Shown here one piece after another: positions 52,250-61,200 of a DNA stretch of 64,000 nt. The notes under the pieces are model-generated. The model was given only the letters and a program-made list of their open reading frames with translations, had not been told where the DNA came from and made no database searches. The stretch comes from Eledone cirrhosa. Taxonomy: Eukaryota. The position numbers and the translations under genes are program-made. The DNA is taken from contig OZ024755.1 of the NCBI GenBank assembly GCA_964016885.1, forward strand, positions 1,302,001-1,366,000. Direction: 5' to 3'. Numbering within the stretch: the first letter of the stretch is position 1; each line of letters starts with the position of its first letter.

Positions 52250-55200
52250 AAAAAAGTGCCTAGTCGCCCCTGTAAAGTGGTCGTGCCAGTGACATAACAA
52301 AAAAACAGCCAGTCTACCCTGTAAGGTGGTTGTGTTGGTGACGTGACAAAAAAAACATAGTCTACCCTATTAGGTGGTCATTTTGGTTCCTTAATAAAAA
52401 GCACCCGGTCCACACTGTAACATGGTTGGTGTTATGAAAGGCATCCAGCTGTAGAAACCAAGCCAAAATACACATCTGTATGAGCAAGATATAGGCTTTT
52501 AATATTAGATAAAGAATTACTTTGGCAACACTTTACAGGTAATATATGAATATGTCTTTGTATCTATTGCAGTCTGTATGTGGTCGAAGTCATATTGAAC
52601 CAGGAAACAACCATATTTCTGTGTTAAGTGACAGCTCTCCTTCCAACACCTTAACTATTTGTACATCGAAAAATGCTGATTCACCAAAACTCTATCTTGA
52701 AAGTATGACTCCTGATGGAATTGATGTAGCTTGGGAAATACCAGAACAGAAGAATGTTGTCATAACGGTAAATTTATATTTTTTTAAGAATATAGAAAAT
52801 GATACATTTTAAAAGTGGGTGACATGTTCTATGATGTCAGATAGAATGGTTTGTGGTACTTGTTTCAGCTCTCTGTTCTCTGTTTTCTAAAGGGTTACCA
52901 GATGTTTTAAAACCATCTCTGTTCTCTGTTTTCTAAAGGGTTACCAGATGTTTTAAAACCATCTCTGTTCTCTGTTTTCTAAAGGGTTACCAGATGTTTT
53001 AAAACCATCTCTGTTTTCTAAAGGGTTACCAGATGTTTTAAAACCATCTCTGTTCTCTGTTTTCTAAAGGGTTACCAGATGTTTTAAAACCATCTCTGTT
53101 CTCTGTTTTCTAAAGGGTTACCAGATGTTTAAAAATCATCTTTTGTATGGTTCTGTGATTCCACCTGAAATAAATACCTTACGGATTAGGGACCTAACTC
53201 TTGGAGATGAAATTACCCTTCAGTTGGTTGCCTTGACAAAACCTCCTCCAGGTGAAAACATCAATGGACAGAATACAGATGAAGATACATCAAAGAAAAA
53301 TGGTAATTTTACAAATTTCTCTGCCATTAATAATGCTTCAGTACTGAATTGGCCTATGTAGACCTGTCCAACCCATGCTAGTACCCCTTCAGTACTGAAT
53401 TGGCCTATGTAGAACTGTCTAACCCATGCTAGTACCACTTCAGTACTGAATTGGCCTATGTAGACCTGTCTAACCCATGCTAGTACCCCTTCAGTACTGA
53501 ATTGGCCTATGTAGACCTGTCCAACCCATGCTAGTACCCCTTCAGTACTGAATTGGCCTATGTAGACCTGTCTAACCCATGTTAGTACCCCTTCAGTACT
53601 GAATTGGCCTATGTAGACCAGTCCAACCCATGCTAGTACCTCTTCAGTACTGAATTGGCCTATGTAGACCTGTCCAACCCATGCTAGTACCCCTTCAGTA
53701 CTGAATTGGTCTATGTAGACCTGTCCAACCCATGCTAGTACCCCTTCAGTACTGAATTGGCCTATGTAGACCTGTCCAACCCATGCTAGTACCACTTCAG
53801 TACTGAATTGGTCTATGTAGACCTGTCTAACCCATGCTAGTACCCCTTCAGTACTGAATTGGCCTATGTAGACCTGTCCAACCCATGCTAGTACCCCTTC
53901 AGTACTGAATTGGCCTATGTAGACCTGTCTAACCCATGTTAGTACCCCTTCAGTACTGAATTGGCCTATGTAGACCAGTCCAACCCATGCTAGTACCTCT
54001 TCAGTACTGAATTGGCCTATGTAGACCTGTCCAACCCATGCTAGTACCCCTTCAGTACTGAATTGGTCTATGTAGACCTGTCCAACCCATGCTAGTACCC
54101 CTTCAGTACTGAATTGGCCTATGTAGACCTGTCCAACCCATGCTAGTACCACTTCAGTACTGAATTGGTCTATGTAGACCTGTCCAACCCATGCTAGCAC
54201 CCCTTCAGTACTGAATTGGCCTATGTAGACCTGTCCAACCCATGCTAGTACCCCTTCAGTACTGAATTGGTCTATGTAGACCTGTCCAACCCATGCTAGT
54301 ACCCCTTCAGTACTGAATTGGCCTATGTAGACCTGTCCAACCCATGTTAGTACCACTTCAGTACTGAATTGGCCTATGTAGACCTGTCCAACCCATGCTA
54401 GTACCACTTCAGTACTGAATTGGCCTATGTAGACCTGTCCAACCCATGCTAGTACCACTTCAGTACTGAATTGGCCTATGTAGACCTGTCCAACCCATGC
54501 TAGTACCCCTTCAGTACTGAATTGGCCTATGTAGACCTGTCCAACCCATGCTAGTACCCCTTCAGTACTGAATTGGCCTATGTAGACCTGTCCAACCCAT
54601 GCTAGCACCCCTTCAGTACTGAATTGGCCTATGTAGACCTGTCCAACCCATGCTAGTACCCCTTCAGTACTGTCTTGGCCTATGTAGACCTGTCCAACCC
54701 ATGCTAGTACCCCTTCAGTACTGAATTGGCCTATGTAGACCTGTCCAACCCATGCTAGTACCCCTTCAGTACTGAATTGGCCTATGTAGACCTGTCCAAC
54801 CCATGCTAGTACCCCTTCAGTACTGAATTGGCCTATGTAGACCTGTCCAACCCATGCTAGCACCCCTTCAGTACTGAATTGGCCTATGTAGACCTGTCCA
54901 ACCCATGCTAGTACCCCTTCAGTACTGTCTTGGCCTATGTAGACCTGTCCAACCCATGCTAGTACCCCTTCAGTACTGAATTGGCCTATGTAGACCTGTC
55001 CAACCCATGCTAGTACCCCTTCAGTACTGAATTGGCCTATGTAGACCTGTCCAACCCATGCTAGTACCCCTTCAGTACTGAATTGGCCTATGTAGACCTG
55101 TCCAACCCATGCTAGTAAGAAAAGTGGATGTGAAATCAATGATAATGAGTGGTTTTGGAAATGTCCAATGTTCAATTTCTAGTAGAACAAATAAAATATA

Positions 55201-58200
55201 CATCATTTTTTTGTTTCTATATTTTAGAGAGTACAAAACATTCGAGTTACTCTAGCTGTGAACCTGGTCAATCATTAAACCTTCATTATAGTGGATTGGT
55301 CCAATGTCCAAGTAAAGTCTGGTGTGAGAAAGTTACAGGACATTCCGCTCTTATTGTTTGGAACAAAGGTAAGGTTTGGATTATTCCTCTCCATCCCACC
55401 ACCCACCCCTTGTTTATACATTTTAAACTTTGATGTTTTGCCAAGAATCAGATTAGTCATTTTATTACTGTCTAATGAAAACCAAACATTACTTGACAGA
55501 GTACATAGCTCAGAGATCAGAGAGTTATTAATACTTTCATTACTGTCTAATGTATTCCCAACACTATTTCTTTCAACCCAACATTATCTGTTTAACCCAA
55601 CATTATCAGTTCAGTTCACTCTATATTCCCAACATTATCTGTTCAGTCCAACACTATATTCCCAACATTATCTGTTCAGTTCAACTCTATATTCCCAACA
55701 TTATCTGTTCAGTCCAACACTATATTCCCAACATTATCTGTTCAGTCCAACTCTATATTCCCAACATTATCTGTTCAGTTCAACTCTATATTCCCAACAT
55801 TATCTGTTCAGTCCAACACTATATTCCCAACATTATCTGTTCAGTCCAACTCTATATTCCCAACATTATCAGTTCAGTCCACTCTATATTCCCAACATTA
55901 TCTGTTCAGTCCAACTCTATATTCCCAACATTATCTGTTCAGTCCAACACTATATTCCCAACATTATCTGTTCAGTCCAACTCTATATTCCCAACATTAT
56001 CTGTTCAGTCCAACACTATATTCCCAACATTATCTGTTCAGTCCAACACTATATTCCCAACATTATCTGTTCAGTCCAACTCTATATTCCCAACATTATC
56101 TGTTCAGTCCAACACTATATTCCCAACATTATCTGTTCAGTCCAACACTATATTCCCAACATTATCTGTTCAGTCCAACACTATATTCCCAACATTATCA
56201 GTTCAGTCCAACACTATTTGTTCAATTCACCTCCTTTAATAATGATAATGTATAATTTACTGTATACTCAGGTGAAAAGCTGAAACCTCATTATGTCCAA
56301 CCAGAGAAATATCAGTTAACTTGGTGGCCTGGAGAAAATGCTGAGAAAGGAATTGGTACCGATTGTACTGACGGTAACAGAATAGTTTTAGTTTAATTTA
56401 TAATGAGATGATGATGATGGTGATGTGTTATGTACATGTGTGTGTGTGTTACTTGCATTATTTAACTTTGCCTTTCATCCTTACGGGGTCGATAAAATAA
56501 AGTACCAGTAATGTACTGGGTAATTGCTGGCCTTGTGCCTAAAGTAGAACAATTATGTATATGTTTGAGTGCTGTGTGTGTATGTGCATGTATGTGTGTC
56601 TTTCAAATATTTTACAAACTAATCAATTATTTTGTTATATTCTCTAAATTATCATTGATTTAATTGATCTAATTGATCTTATTGATTGATTTGTTAACAG
56701 ACGATCTCTTTGTTCTGCCAAACCTTCAATCAAGCAGCCATTACACAGTTGTTGTTGAAGCAAGATTAATGAAGAAGTTGACAGATGGAAATACAGGTTT
56801 GTCTTTTAGGGGTCTTTTAGGGTTGTTGTTTCTTGTGTTAGAATTGATTACAGGCTGAAACAAAAGTCAGAAACTGTACATAGTACACATAGTACACACA
56901 CACTCACAACACAGTATACACACACACAACACAACAGACATACACACACACACACACAGTACACACACACACAACACGACATACACACACACACACACAA
57001 CAGACATACACACACAACACAAAATAATTATTAGTTATTAGATTCATTTGGTAAGTTAACACTTTAAAACCACTCTAAGATCACACAAAAAAATCTATAC
57101 ACTTTTTATCATGTCACCAACACGATTACTTTACAGGGTGGACTGGGTGCTTTTTGTTGTATCACCAACATGATCACCTTACATGGTGACACAACAAAAA
57201 GTACCCTGTCTACCCTGTAAAGGTGTCCACAAACACACGTTCAATACAATTGATTTCACCTGAAACCAACAGATAAACAGTTATATAATTCACTTCATAA
57301 TTAAACCACAATACTAAATATTGTAAACTTTACATTGAATATTTTTTCTTCAGATGATGGAGAAGAAAGAACTTTTATCTTTTCAACAAAATCTGAGCAG
57401 ATTAAATTTAAAACAGCCAGCCCTCCAGACCCTCCATCAAATATTGGAGTTGTGTCCTCAACTTGTAACAGTGTCAAGTTGGCCTGGAGCTCACCAAAAG
57501 AACATGGAGTGGAAATTACAGGTATCAAAATTTCTGAGGATTTTATAAGATTTAAGTTTTTCGTTTATAAACCAAAACATTTGCAGAAGAAAGGAAAAAT
57601 AACTTCTCCCCTATAGCCACCCAATAGCCAATACTAACTGCTCCCTGTGGTCAATATATATATATATATATATATAATATATATGAAAAACAAGGGGAGA
57701 AGAATACTGCATGGTTGCACATGGATTACATATTATAAAATTAGTCCCTCATCAGTGATTTGCCAACCATCATTGGTATTTCATTGCATTAAAAATCAGA
57801 TACCTCAGGTTGGTGCGAGCAATAACTAAAATAAGCTATTGGGACAAGTGAAACGCGTAAAGCGAGTGAGACAAGTAAACAACAGAAGGAAAAGCAGGGA
57901 GCAGTTATTATTGGCTAGCTATAGCCACCTTGTAGAGCTGATATACTGACCACAGGGAGCAGTTATTATTGGCTTGCTTGAAAACATTTGATTTTGACAG
58001 GACTTAAACTCAGAATGTAAAGAGATGTAACTAAATACCACAAAGTAGTTGATATTAATATAAGTGTAAAGACAATTATCACTAGATACAGTCGGTAGTT
58101 TTGACAACATTATATCACAGTACCTAGAGTAGACATTACAGGGTAAATATAGAGATACATTTAGAAGTTACATGTGGGCCTTTTAACGTGGTATTAGTGT

Positions 58201-61200
58201 GAAGACCCTCCTTCAGCCCCTGCCAGTACATTGTCCACACCCCCACCCTTGTCATTTAAAGATTGTCATATTTATTTAAGGTCTACACAACTTATGCTGT
58301 ACATTTCTGTTATTATCCAGGCCTCTACATAGAACTGACCTCAATAACCAATAACACAGACAACAATAGCGAACAAGAACAACAAACTCTACAACTCAGG
58401 CCTGATTCCAAAGAAGTCATCTTTGAAAATCTCTCTGAAAAGAGAGAATATCTTGTTCGTATCTACGCAGTAAATGACGAGTATTTTGACTTGCTTCCCA
58501 GAAACAACCGTCTGAAGAAACTTCGGTATATTCCGGAAGGAACAAGTATGAACTTAATAGAATCCATGTGGCTTCCATTTTCTAGTTTTGTCTTCAGAAC
58601 TTCTGGCACAGATCCTGCAACTAATGTCACGGTTTCCCAATATGCAACTACAACAATAACCATTAGATGGACAAATGCAGTTGTTTATGGAAGTAATGAA
58701 GTTCAAGCAATTATTGTTCGGTGGATTGAAGTTAAAGAAAGAACTTGTAATAAGAAAGAATTGTCAATTGGTCACAATGCCAAACTTCCAAAAGATGCTA
58801 ATTTCCTGGTAATCAAAGATTTATCCCCTGGCTGTCAGTATTGTATAACTGTAGACACCATTGTTAATATGAAGACATGTTTAGAAGTTGACAACATTGA
58901 CAAGAAATGGAGGACAGTTTCTGTTAGTTCTGAACTTCTGATGGCTTTAACTCAAGTCTCGATTCCAACACCAAAGGTAAGACTAAATTAAAATTCTAAT
59001 TTTATTATGGTTAATTAGCATTAAATTAAGTTCTTTGGTGTTTGTACCAACCTATGAACTTTTCAGCCTACCCTTGTAGTTACATACGTTATTTTTTTAC
59101 TCTTTTACCTGTTCCAGCTGAGGCCATGCTGGGGCATCACCCTTGGGGAATTACTTTATTTTGATTTAATAAAATGTTGTTATCTTCTATATTTTAATTT
59201 AGATTTATGTCTCGAGTTACAAAGGATCCGTGGTGAATATTTGCTGGGAAACTCCAAGAATGACATCAATTGTGGGGAAAGATAAGAATGGTAAAGAATT
59301 ATACCAGAAATGTTATTTACTTGGTTATCAACTTATAATCAATGATTTACTTCAGGCAACTCTCAGACCTGAAGACAACCATTGTACTTTACAGAAAATC
59401 AAACCTGATAAAAATTATTCTGTAATTCTGGTTGTAATATCCAGCTGCCAACGAGATAGCAAAGTCAGAAAATGGAAGGTAAGTTAAACTGAATCTTGTT
59501 TCGTTGGTTATTTTTATTGATTTCTTCAATAATGTTTATATTTAACAACATTCCAGTTATATACATACCATATTTTACGGCATCAAAGACGCTACTTTTT
59601 TCCTAAAATAAGTCTAAATAATCCCCCATGCATCCTGGAGGCTGAAGGTTGTTTATTATTTTTTTCAAATTTAGGGCATTAGGGCGGTGGATTGGCAGTA
59701 TTGGTCGAGAGTCAGACGCCATGCTTTGCAGCAAAGATTTACGGCCCTTTATGGTCCGAGTTCAAATCCCGCCAAGGTTAACTTTGCTTTTCATCCTTAC
59801 AGGTTCGATAAAATAAAGTACCAGTAATACACTGGGATAATTGCTGGCCTTGTGCCAAAAGTAGAAACAATTATTTTTTTTCAAATTTTTGGTTGTCAAA
59901 ATTCGGGTGTGTCCTCGAGGACGAAGTGTCTTCGGGCCGGGAAATACGGTAGTCATGGCAATGTTACAGAATAAATGACATTAACTTTAGATAATTGGAT
60001 TATGTCTTCACAGGCAATTATTTATTTATTTGATAGCCTCACCCTAAGAATCTACCAAACAGACGTTGGCCACTTGTCACATCTGAAAATACTGGTATTG
60101 ACTACACTCCATCTGAGACCCTTAACATCAAACTTCCACCAAAATCAAATGGTTTGTATTTATTTATTTATTTATTTTCAGAATTCCTTATATTCAATCA
60201 TTCCATATTATCATCATCATCATTTTACATCTGCTTTTCCCTGCTTGCAAAGGTGGGACGGGTCCTATTCAGCACAGCATCTCTCCACTTGTCACAGTCC
60301 TTTGTCATCTCTTCCATGAGCTTCAGTAATCTGAGGTCTGCTCTCACCACCTCCGCCCATAATTGGTTTGATTTTTGTTTTCTATATATATATAAAACGG
60401 TGATGATGATGATATATCTTTGTATTGTTTTGTTTTTATTCCCTATTTGAAGCCTCAATAACTTCTGTTAGAACTAAATTCCGGGACAGCGAAGAAATGA
60501 ATTCAATGGGACACTTTTTAATTGAATGGTCAGTTAGTTCCAGAGAAACTGTTAAAGAGTTTTCAATAAATTGGTTTACACTCGATGATAAAATGACTAT
60601 TATCAAATCTCTCATTGTCAACAAACTACATTGTTGTATCCCAGTAAATAAACTCAAGTAAGTTGTTTGGGGTTTTTTGTTCATTCTCTTTATATATGGA
60701 TTGATAGATTTTCCACTCAATCTTGTGGAAAGCAAATATATCACTTTGTATATTAATTAATAAATTTTCCACATTAACCCTTTAGCATTTAAACCAGCCG
60801 TATCCAGCCAGAATTCTATCACCTCTTTCTCTTCAAACCCATCATAACCTGCTACTCATACTTATGTTAAGGTATTGTTCTCAAAATAAGGAACATCAAA
60901 ATCTCATAGATTCGATATTATGTGGGATAAAGCGTTTACCATAACAATACAACAGTATATATAGAGTAATGTAAATGCTAAAGGGTTAAGATATTCTATA
61001 TTCATTGTAATATATAAAGCCTGAAAAATAAAGTCTGAAGTCTGTCTTGAGCCTGGAGACTCATCAGGTCAGTGCTTCTCCTGATTTCCATGGCATGAAG
61101 TGACTGAGAGTACAAGACTTTCTCCCACCTGGACAGGACACCAGTCCATTGCAGGGTTAAGCCCCCATCTGTTACTGGTATTCATTTTCAGCTGAATATA

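Noticed and set aside
53220-55175. 651-aa minus-strand ORF
   Set aside because: Translation of the intronic 51-bp SINE-derived array.
55291-56283. ORFs of 330 and 229 aa
   Set aside because: 33-bp intronic minisatellite, out of frame with the real exons.
57720-57760. Third hammerhead on the minus strand (CTGATGAGGGAC...)
   Set aside because: There is no GAAA after the putative stem II and pairing is poor, so it is at most a dead relic.
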